Shown piece by piece: positions 53,286 through 64,000 of a DNA stretch of 64,000 nucleotides (position 1 is the first letter of the stretch; each line of letters opens with the position of its first letter). The notes beneath the pieces are model-generated. The model did no database searches. It had not been told where the DNA came from and saw only the letters and a list, made by a program, of their open reading frames with translations. A program made the position numbers and the translations under genes. Origin of the DNA: Octopus sinensis (Eukaryota); assembly GCF_006345805.1 (NCBI RefSeq), contig NC_042999.1:143096001-143160000 (forward strand), given 5' to 3'.

Positions 53286-53768
53286 TAACTAAAAAAATGT
53301 ATGATAGATTGCAGTCAATTCATTCTCTCTTACCTGTTGGTCTGCCTTCCAAATGCTGTTTTTACTGGGATCTCCCTTTTTAGTAAAGAAATAGCTATAA
53401 CCCTTTGACTGCTATTTCTAAATTCGGTATGTGGTAAGGCAACTCGTTGCTAAACCCTTATTTGCTTATTACTTAAATTTTCCTCGAATGAGGCTTTTAC
53501 ATCCGAAGACTACTTGGTGTAATTGATAATTTTTCCAAATTAATTAATTTCACACCTTCATTATTACGGATACCATATTTTCTCAGTAGATGACCACAGC
53601 ATCTTGTTTTGGCTACACGCGGGTGGGAAGGGGCTGTTGACACAATCGTTTCATTCACAAATGAATTCGGTGATACCAGTTGCGGATTCTAGCTCGCTCT
53701 GATCTGAGTGGAGTTGGTGCCTTCTGGTATCTCAAAATTCAATATATAATCATTTATGATTATAGTAT

Positions 53769-53882
53769 TCTACGCTGAAGAGAAAAGAAGTTTCGGTAAG
53801 ATAGAATTATTTTTATTTAATATTTAATATTTAATTCTTATGGCTTTCCTTAAAACTTGATTTCGAAACGTACGTCCGTGGA
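53769..53882 (+). ncRNA. Type I hammerhead ribozyme (right arm copy 5)
   Basis: CTGAAGA at 53775-53781; site after 53876. Confidence 0.85.
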
Positions 53883-54177
53883 TAACTAAAAAAATGTATG
53901 ATAGATTGCAGTCAATCATTCTCTCTTACCTGTTTGTGTCTGCCTTCCAAATGCTGTTTTTACTGGGATCTCCCTTTTTAGTAGAAGAAATAGCTATAAC
54001 CCTTTGACTGCTATTTCTAAATCGGTATGTGGTAAGGCAACTCGTTGCTAAACCCTTATTGCTTAGTATTACTTAAATTTTCCTCGAATGAGGCTTTTAC
54101 ATGCCGAAGACTACTTGGTGTATTGATAATTTTTCAAATTAATTAATTTCACCCTTCATTATTACGGATAACTATAT

Positions 54178-54254
<77 letters not shown>

Positions 54255-54285
54255 TATAATATATATATATAATATATGTATGTAT

Positions 54286-54326
<41 letters not shown>

Positions 54327-55673
54327 CATATTTATGTATGTATGTATGTATGTATGTATGTATGTATGTATGTATATATATATATTATATATATATAATA
54401 TATAATATATATATATATAATTATATATATAAAAAGGAAATGAAGAAAATGCTGACAAAATAATTTAAGTAAGGGAGAGTATTTAATTAGGTGAAAGTTC
54501 TTTTTACCGGTTGCGCATTTGTTATGCTTATCAAAAGATATTTTTTAAAGAGAGATAGAGTTCCTTTCTGATAGATTTTTTTCTCTTATCTGACTTTATG
54601 TTGGGTTTGCTGTCTCTTATATGTGAAAAAAGAGGCTCCAGAGTTGTTTAAGATTTGCTTGGTTTCGCGCCTAAAATTTCTTGTAGACAATGGTCAATAC
54701 AATTTTGATTGGTCATTATAAAGGGGTCACGTGAATGTTTGAATGGAAGTTGGTGTTGGGGTAAGAAAATAGGTTCCAGAGATGTTAAAATTTGGCTAGT
54801 GTCGCGCCTAAAATTTCTTATTGGTCATAATAAAGAGGTCACGTGGATGTGGTCATAATAGAGAGGTCACGTGAATGTTTAGAATGAATGCTGGTGTGGG
54901 TGGTGTATGGAGTTTTCGAAAATAGCGTTGTTGAAAATTCTTATTGTTCAGGCTGGTCAGTAGACGTCATGTGGATATTTTAAATAGCTTTTTAGTGCGT
55001 AGTTAAGGAGTGTATTTTCCGCTTGACTGAATTTGAGCTGGATAAGTAAGTTCGTTTTGGGCAGGAAGAGCTATATGTATGTATGTGTGCGCGTGTGTGT
55101 GTGTGTGTTTATATGTATGTTTGGGCGCGCGCGCGTGTATATATGTGTGCGTGTGTGTGTACAATTTTCAATATTTTTAGTTCTGCTGGCCTTGTGCCTG
55201 TATCGGGAAGCAACGTGTTTGTGTGAAGTCAATATTTACAGTCATTTCCAAAAAATAGTGTTGGATGTTTTGCACCCGTATCAAATTATGTGTATGTGTG
55301 GAACCATATATTTGCGTGTGTCATGGTGTTAATATCTGGGTAAAAGTGTGTGTAGGGTGTGTGCAGGTGTAAGTGTGTTTGTTGTGGGTTCGTGTTAGGG
55401 GGATGTGTTTAGAAGTGGTCTGTATTTATTATAAGGTGGGATTCCATGGTTATTCGCTGGGTATGAGTGGCATTGTCTTTAAATTTGTAGAGGGGAAAGA
55501 TTCTAAAATTGGGATGAAGTTGTGCGGCACAGGTATCAATATGTGCACTAAGTGCTATTTTTCTGTATTCCTGTATTTTTATTTGGGATCTGTGGACAGT
55601 CATGCGTTGGCGGAGGCTATTTTTAGTTTTGCCTATGTAGTGTTCATTACAGCCTGAGCAAGTTAAGACATAT

Positions 55674-57076
55674 ACCCTGCTAGTAACATTCGATGTAGTT
55701 AATCTTTACTCCAACATCCCCCACAACCTAGGAATAGAAGCTATCCAATTCTGGCTGGATAATTACTCCAACGAACTCCCACACCGCATCAAAAAGGAAT
55801 TTATTTTAGAAGGACTCAAATTCATCTTAGAGAATAATTTCTTCACCTTCAACAACAAATTCTACAGACAGAAATCAGGGACGGCAATGGGAGCGAAAAC
55901 AGCTCCCACTTACGCCAACCTAGTCATGGGATACCTGGAAATCACCCTCTATAATAACGTTCTTAACCAATTTGGCACCACTCTCCACACACACATAGAG
56001 AAGAACTGGAAGAGATATCTTGATGACTGCTTCATCCTTTGGCCCGAAACCATCGAGAAGCTTAAAGAATTTCACACCCTTATAAATGGGCTCAACACAA
56101 ACATTATTTTCACAATGGAATACAGCCCTCAACAAATTCCCTTCCTCGACATCCTCATTAAAATTCACAACAAAATAATAGAAACAGACATATACTACAA
56201 GCCCACAGACTCCAAGCAATACCTCCCTTTCAATTCATGCCACCCTAGACACGTTAAAATTAACATTCCCTACAACTTAGCCAAGAGAATTTGCACTATA
56301 GTCTCCAATAAAAACACCCGTCTCTTACGTCTACAAGAACTTAAGGACACATTAACAAGCAGGGATTACCCCACGTCACTAATTGACAATGGGATCCAAC
56401 GCGCCCTAAAACTCAGCACACAGGAACTTAGACGCCCTAAACCTGTTACATCGAAACCCCATACTCTACCATACATCTCTACACACAACCCCCTCAACAA
56501 TGAAGCTTTTGACACCATCCTCCAGAACATTCCTGTATTAAAAAAGGACCATAGAATGAACCAAATCCTCCTAACACACGAAATCATATAGAGCAAAAGG
56601 CAACCCAAATCATTGAAAACAATCCTAACAAATGCCAAAGTACTGCCAACCACAACAACTAAACCCACAGTAAACAAATGCAATAGACCCAACTGTGGTA
56701 TATGCATCAACCTAATAGAAGGTCCGGAATTCCTTTTTAAACAAGGACAACGTTTCACAGTAAAACACAACTTCACATGCGCATTAGAAAACCTAGTATA
56801 TGTCTTAACTTGTTCGGGCTGTAATGAACACTACATAGGCCAAACTAAAAATAGCCTCCGCCAACGCATGACTGTCCACAGATCCCAAATAAAAATACAG
56901 GAATACAGAAAAATAGCACTTAGTGCACATATTGATACCTGTGCCGCACAACTTCATCCCAATTTTAGAATCTTTCCCCTCACAAATTTAAAGACAATGC
57001 CACTCATACCCAGCGAATAACCATGGAATCCCACCTTATTAATAAATACAGACCACTTCTAAACACATCCCCCTAA
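55674..57076 (+). pseudogene. Neptune-like PLE RT + Cys-rich linker + GIY-YIG, one in-frame TAG and one late frameshift
   Basis: FDVVNLYSNIP, GTAMGAKTAPTYANL, KRYLDDCF, PFLDI, SCHP; TAG at 56589-56591; CNRPNCGIC..FTCALENLVYVLTCSGCNEHYIGQT..RMTVHRSQ. Confidence 0.92.
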
Positions 57077-57940
57077 CACGAACCCACAACAAACACACTT
57101 ACACCTGCACACACCCTACACACACTTTTACCCAGATATTAACACCATGACACACGCAAATATATGGTTCCACACATACATATAATTTGATACGGGTGCA
57201 AAACATCCAACACTATTTTTTGGAACTGACTGTGGATATTGACTTCACACAAGCGCGTTGCTTCCCGATACAGGCACAAGGCCAGCAGAACTATAAATAT
57301 TGAAAATTGTACCCACACACGCACACATATATACACGCGCGCGCGCCCCAACATACATATAAACACACACACACACACGCGCGCGCGCGCGCGCACACTT
57401 ACATACATATAGCTCTTCCTGTCCTAAACGAACTTACTTATCCAGCTCAAATTCAGTCAAGCGGAAAATACACTCCTTAACTACGCGCTAAAAAGCTATT
57501 TAAAATATCCACATGACGTCTACTGACCAGCCTGAACAATAAGAATTTTCAACAACGCTATTTTCGAAAACTCCATACACCACCCACACCAGCATTCATT
57601 CTAAACATTCACGTGACCTCTCTATTATGACCACATCCACGTGACCTCTTTATTATGACCAATAAGAAATTTTAGGCGCGACACTAGCCAAATTTTAACA
57701 TCTCTGGAGCCTATTTTCTTACCCCAACACCAACTTCCATTCAAACATTCACGTGACCCCTTTATAATGACCAATCAAAATTGTATTGACCATTGTCCAC
57801 AAGAAATTTTAGGCGCGAAACCAAGCAAATCTTAAAAACTCTGGAGCCTCTTTTTTCACATATAAGAGACAGCAAACCCAACATAAAGTCAGATAAGAGA
57901 AAAAATCTATCAGAAAGGAACTCTATCTCTCTTAAAAAAT

Positions 57941-57981
57941 ATCTTTTGATAAGCATAACAAATGCGCAACCGGTAAAAAGA
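57941..57981 (+). ncRNA. Non-canonical hammerhead-like motif in the family A pseudo-LTR
   Basis: TCTT-TTGATAA-GCAT-aacaa-ATGC-GCAA-CCGG-TA-AAAAGA: U3-A8 core, A13 replaced by C, palindromic ACCGGT. Also at about 54499-54540 (-), 27407-27447 (-) and 28396-28435 (+). Confidence 0.35.
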
Positions 57982-58089
57982 ACTTTGACCTAATTAAATA
58001 CACTCCCCTTATTTAAATTATTTTGTCAGCATTTTCTTCATTTCTCCTTTTTTATATATCACAACTCGTGTTCCACATCTCCTTTTTTG

Positions 58090-58135
<46 letters not shown>

Positions 58136-58168
58136 ACATATATATATATATGTAATTTATGTATGTAG

Positions 58169-58227
<59 letters not shown>

Positions 58228-58234
<7 letters not shown>

Positions 58235-58417
58235 TCTCTTTCTCTTTTACTTGTTTCAGTCATTTGACTGCGGCCATGCTGGAGCACCCCGGGACTTATT
58301 CTTTGTAAGCCCAGGACTTATTCTATCGGTCTCTTTTGCCGAACCGCTAAGTGACGGGGACGTAAACACACCTGCATCGGTTGTCAAGCAATGCTAGGGG
58401 GACAAACACACACACAA

Positions 58418-58449
<32 letters not shown>

Positions 58450-58624
58450 TTATATATATACGACAGGCTTCTTTCAGTTTCTGTTTACCAAATCCACTCA
58501 CAAGGCATTGGTCGGCCTGGAGCTATAGCAGAAGACACTTGCTCAAGATGCCACGCAGTGGGACTGAGCCCAGAACCATGTGGTTGGTTAGCAAGCTACA
58601 TACCACACACCCACTCCTGCGCCT

Positions 58625-58662
<38 letters not shown>

Positions 58663-58664
58663 CG

Positions 58665-58695
<31 letters not shown>

Positions 58696-59330
58696 TTATT
58701 ATTCTTTTACTTGTTTCAGTTATTTGACTGCAACCGTGCTGGAGCACCACTCTCTTTATCTTTTTTTCCTTGTTTCAGTCATTTGACCGCGACCATGCTG
58801 GAGCACCGCCTTTAGTCGAGTAAATCGACCCCAGGACTTATTCTTTGTAAGCCTAGTAATTATTCTAACGGTCTCTTTTGCCGAACGGCTAAGCTACAGG
58901 GACGTAAACACACCAGGATCGGTTGTCAAGCGATGGGGGGGGGGAGACAAACACAGACACACACACACTACACACACATACACACACATACATATATATA
59001 CGACGGGCTTCTTTCAGTTTCCGTCTACAAAATTCACTTACAAGGCTTTGGTCGACTGAGGCTATAGCAGAAGACACTTGCCCAAAGTGCCACGCAGTGA
59101 GACTGAACCCGGAACCATGTGGTTGGTAAGCAAGCTACTTACCACACATCCACTCCTGCGCCTTGAAGGTTTTTTTTTTCAGTCGAGCAAATCAACCCTC
59201 AGGCTTATTTTTAAAGCCTAGTACTTATTCTATTGGACCGTTTTGCTGAACCGCCAAGTTACGGTGACGTAAATATACCAGCACCGGTGGTCAAGCAGTA
59301 GTGCGGGAGACAAATATAGACACAATGACA
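58228..59330 (-). mobile_element. Cluster of about 3 family B SINE copies
   Basis: Repeated TTTTACTTGTTTCAGTCATTTGAC..GCCATGCTGGAGCAC and ..CACTCCTGCGCC ends. Confidence 0.85.
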
Positions 59331-59947
59331 CATACACATGGACACACACACACACAAACACACCTGCACACGCACATATACAGATACGCACAACACCCAT
59401 ATGCATGTTTTCCTCTACTCTTTATAAAAATGCTAACCGTGAAATATCCAGTTTACGTATGTGATATCGTGTTCTAACTTATTCTTATATATGCGAAACT
59501 CACTATATCGATGATTCTCATAAATGTCACTCCTACATCATCATTTATTATTTGGTTGAGCATAGAAACAGTTTGTTAATCGCTGGTAGGAGTTATGACA
59601 ACAAGAATAGTTTTCGTTTCCTATGATATATGCTGTACGATAAACTGTTTTGATAAGCATCGAAAGAGAGTGGTATAAAACGAAATCGCAAAGAGTTACT
59701 TCCCTTAGACTAACAGACTACAGTTCATGCCGGTAAAAATTTCTGTCCTCCACATTAGAAATAAGATAAGATATATAGAAACATGCGCGCGCGCACACAC
59801 ACAAACAGCAACACACACTATATTAACAAAGTGGTAAAAACAACAAACACATTCACACTTCTATACATAAATACACTTGCACAAACAAGCTAAAAACCTC
59901 ATATTCATCAGATGTTCCATGCGTCTGTGAAATGCTCGTTCATAGGC

Positions 59948-59985
<38 letters not shown>

Positions 59986-60698
59986 AAGAGAGAGAGAGAT
60001 AGAGAGAGAGAGATAGAGAGAGATAGATAGATAAAGAGAGATATAGATAGAGAGAGAGAGGGAAAGAAGGAGGGAGTGAGAGAGAGAGAGATTATGCTCC
60101 GCCTTAAGATTGTGTTCCTACCGAAGAAGCGTAACTCTCAACAGCTCAGTCCATATAGCTGTAAATAGGTACCACAGTGCATTTAATTTCTGTGGACAAC
60201 ACATCGTTGTAGTACATTGGATTGCATTTGCAATGTATACAAACACACACACACACACACACATTATACATACAAACATACATACAAATACACACACGCA
60301 TATGAATATATTTATATGTGTAATTATATATATATATAAATATACGTGTAACTATATATGTATACGCACACAAACACACATATATACATGCATGCGTATA
60401 TGTGTATATGTATGTATACGTACAAGCATTCACTGACATTTATTTAAAATTTAAGAAACTGGATGTGATGTGTGTGTGTTTATATATGAACTTATGTCCG
60501 CTGTAGCTTCCGGTTCACCAATGTGACACCAAACCGTAAGTAGATCAATGAACCCACGTAATTTCCTATGGAGTTCAGTTCAGGGTAGACTGCATATCGA
60601 ATCTGTCAAAAGGGCGGTGACTAGTGAATAGGCGACTTGCTGTGTAAACACCCACTTGAAGTACTGGTGTATTTTGTACGTTTTCTTTTCATCTCTTT

Positions 60699-61063
<365 letters not shown>

Positions 61064-61373
61064 GTTCTTTCTCTCTATTTATCTGTATTGAAAGAAATGA
61101 AGTTAGAAATGTACTTGGAGTTTTTAAGAAGTTATATTTACATTAACTTAACTTGTTTCATAATTTCATGGTTTTCAAAATTAGCGGGAGGTGAAAAGAC
61201 TTGAGAAACTAGTACTATGTAACAGCTGCTTCACTTTTGAAAGGTGTTTAAAAATTCACTCCTTTTGGTGCAGAGATTATATCTCAAATTGCCCTCCTTT
61301 AAGACAAAAAAAAGCAAATAAAACAAACAAAATCTCACATGTTCCATACGTCAGTGAAATGCTTGTTCATTGG

Positions 61374-61442
<69 letters not shown>

Positions 61443-61639
61443 AGGGAGAGAGATAGGGGATTGTGTTAAAAACAAAGCATTAAGCTTGAAAAAAGTAGAG
61501 AAATTGTCAACGTATTCATAAACTCTGAAAGAATATTTAAAAAGATCATGTTTTAGATTCAGCCAACAGAATTCACATTTGGTGGTACAAACCGAATAAG
61601 AGAAATAAAAAATATTATCAATCTTTAAGACAGAACTCC

Positions 61640-62050
61640 ATTCAGCCTTCTACGAATTCAAGTCCTCTCAAAAGCCTTAAAATCATCCACTCCAAGTTCA
61701 TAACACTCTAATTTCAATGTAATATAGGACGATTCTTAAACGTCTGTTGAAAAATACGTTTATCAGAATTATTTGACAAAGAAAGCAATGATGGATCTGT
61801 TTTACGAAACAAAAGCAGTTACAACTCAAGAAAGGATAAAAACAAAGCATTTAAAGATTTTGTGGTTTTATATCCACCTTCCTATGTCAAGAATTACCAG
61901 ACTTCAAATCCAAATCGAAAGGAATTGGAAGTTTTCCACCAGCTAAAAAGCACAATAACATCGTAAATGTAAGGTGAAATGTTTCGATCATTTCATATGT
62001 TGAATATTGCTTTAAATGCCACACTGACATCACCAATCATTAAAGGATAT
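61640..62050 (+). pseudogene. Old degenerate PLE RT/thumb fragment of the same type as the 1.4-7.5 kb element
   Basis: IRLSELFDKE and KILWF..P.Y.KN-like remnants (cf. RRISSISS and KVLWFNPAFN). Confidence 0.35.
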
Positions 62051-62522
62051 GCAAATACAAATGATTAGAAAGGATGAAAAAAATCTTGGCACCTTCATCC
62101 ACATCGAAAAACTTTAACAAATAAAGCATGTGATTACCAAATGAGCTTTGAATACAAAACATCAATTTCTACGGACCCCACAAAACCTACAGATACAAAA
62201 CAATATACGATGCATGTAAAGAATCAACTTCGACATATATAAAGATATCACTTTGAGTATGACAACCGTTTTGCTCTCCTTTTTGGCTCTTTTATCTCTT
62301 AAGATGTAATATCTCTCAGCAACGGGTCTCCACCAAAGCAGAAGCATACAACAGAATGACAAGACCAAGGCTTCGCCTCTCAGACAACGACGACGCTTCC
62401 ATGGGAGACACAGCCAAATTGTTTCCGGCAATGAAATATTGCCATGGAATTGATATTAGTTCACTGGTGGGGAAAATATTCTTGTGCTAAGTAGAGACAT
62501 ATCTTTAATGATATGTTGCAAA

Positions 62523-62559
<37 letters not shown>

Positions 62560-62984
62560 TTAATAATTGATATGGTCCTTTGTGTAGTTCCTTGCGTAAG
62601 GCCGTTTCCTCCGTCGGCGCCGAAAGAAAGAAAGAAGAACCGAATTTGTTTACTGTATTTATATATGTTGGAAAGCTGGGTATAGGTCAGAGAACGATGG
62701 AAATTAATAGGTTTATCTCTTTCAAACTGTTTATAACCCAAGAATGTTAATTTAAACAATAGAACTTAGTTAAGTTCTAAGTGTGACTGGTAATTCTTAT
62801 AAATATCTAGGTGCAAAAGCCAAGTGCAATAGGAAGTGAACTTGAAAAATGTATATTCGGTTTCGAATCTTAGTATAGAATCTAGGAAGCTATTCGTGAC
62901 ATATCTATCTCCACATCATATCTGTTCCTATAAATGTGTATTGTGTAGGAAAATATGTAATATTGGTTTAAAATTTTGACACAA

Positions 62985-63540
62985 GACCAGCAGTTTCGGA
63001 GGAGGGGTCAAGTCGATTACATCAACCCCAGTGTTCAACTGCTACTTATTTTATCGAGTACCCGAAAGGATGAAAGGTAAAAATCGACCTCGGCAGAATT
63101 GAACTCAGAACATAAAGACGGACGGAATACCTATTTCTTTACTACCCACAAGGGGCTAAACATGGAGAAGACAAACAAGGACAGACAAACGGATTAAGTC
63201 GATTATATCGACCTCAGTGTGTAACTGGTACTTAATTTATCGACCCCGAAAGGATGAAAGGCAAAGTCGACCTCGGTGGAATTTGAACTCAGAACATAAA
63301 GACGGACGGAATATCGCTAAGCATTTTCCTGGCGTGATAACGGTTCTGCCAGCTCACCGTCCGAGGAAAATATGTAATATTTTTTTCCACTCTAGTCACA
63401 AGGCCTGAAATTTTGGAGGAGGGCGCCAGTCGATTATATCGACCCAGTATGCAACTGGTACCTCAAAAGGATGAAAGCCAAAGTCGATCTCGGCGGAATT
63501 TGAACTCAGTACGTAAAGACAGACGAAATACCGAAAAAAT
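62985..63540 (-). mobile_element. Three adjacent family A SINE copies or fragments
   Basis: Repeated ATCGACCCCGAAAGGATGAAAGGCAAAGTCGACCTCGG..GAATTTGAACTCAG. Confidence 0.8.
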
Positions 63541-64000
63541 ATGTAATATTAAGGAGGACGTGGTACAGAGAACAAGGTGTTGGACTAAGGTGTTTCACGT
63601 ATCTACTTTATGGAATCCTTTACACTGGGAGTTGGTTTTAACGCGAGTTTTCTATAATGATAACGACACCCAGGTAAGAAAAAAAACCGGTAAAAATAAC
63701 AGAGACAAAAAGTACTATCAGCAATAAAATGTTTGTCGTTGATTGACTTGTATACGTTTTAACCAAGACAACGCATGTGTGTGAACAGAATGTCGCTGTC
63801 TTCTGAAAGATAAACACTACACGTGTTTATGTTTCGGCTATCGTTGTTGTAATACAGTGACTTGAGTGAAAAGCACCCCTACATTTTTTTTCGATTTCCA
63901 CCTCTCGTCCTAAATACCTCCCACTCCAAACCGACTCCCCAACCGTCTTATTCATTAACGTTCACCTTTTCACCATTCAGATATCTTTACACTCTCTCTC

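Larger units (their letters stand above)
49006..54172. repeat. Tandem/inverted array of a ~600-bp ORF-less hammerhead-bearing unit (about 3.1 units minus-sense, about 5.5 units plus-sense)
   Basis: Units recur every 597-608 bp. Orientation flips at 50862. Both ends abut (TA)n. Confidence 0.95.
54431..58090. mobile_element. Neptune-like PLE family A: 5'-truncated plus-strand copy with an inverted 3' copy
   Basis: 54431-55675 is the reverse complement of about 56795-58050. Junction at about 55675 with TATAC microhomology. (TA)n flanks. Confidence 0.92.

Noticed and set aside
49006-54172. CRISPR-like or centromeric satellite interpretation of the array
   Set aside because: There are no unique spacers. 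Whole 600-bp units repeat, with an inversion, PLE-style ends and ribozyme cores.
62305-62490. Unique-looking open stretch (SNGSPPKQKH..) after a CTCTCAG acceptor-like site
   Set aside because: No recognisable domain or donor; cannot be supported without RNA data.

Overview
Eukaryotic, AT-rich, microsatellite-saturated DNA. The SINE and repeat complement suggests an octopod (coleoid cephalopod) genome; this is inference from pattern recognition. No host protein-coding gene can be supported, and most ORF-track entries are simple-repeat artefacts. The window is made of mobile elements: tRNA-derived SINEs, RTE, CR1-group, R4/Dong, HERO and L1/Tx1-like LINE fragments, mariner (D34D) and Tc1 (DD34E) transposons, one non-autonomous Helitron, and a dense set of Penelope-like elements (PLEs) in inverted arrangements inside (TA)n. 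The most striking structure is a 5.2-kb ORF-less array at 49006-54172 of a ~600-bp unit, about 3 units inverted plus about 5.5 units direct. Each unit carries a type I hammerhead ribozyme (HHR) with a palindromic stem III. The sense arm begins exactly at the predicted self-cleavage site. Two diverged relatives with their own canonical-core HHRs lie at 31.4 and 46.2 kb. Together they look like a retrozyme-like, PLE-mobilised family of self-cleaving and possibly circular RNAs. Many single-base indels suggest residual long-read errors, so frameshifts need caution.
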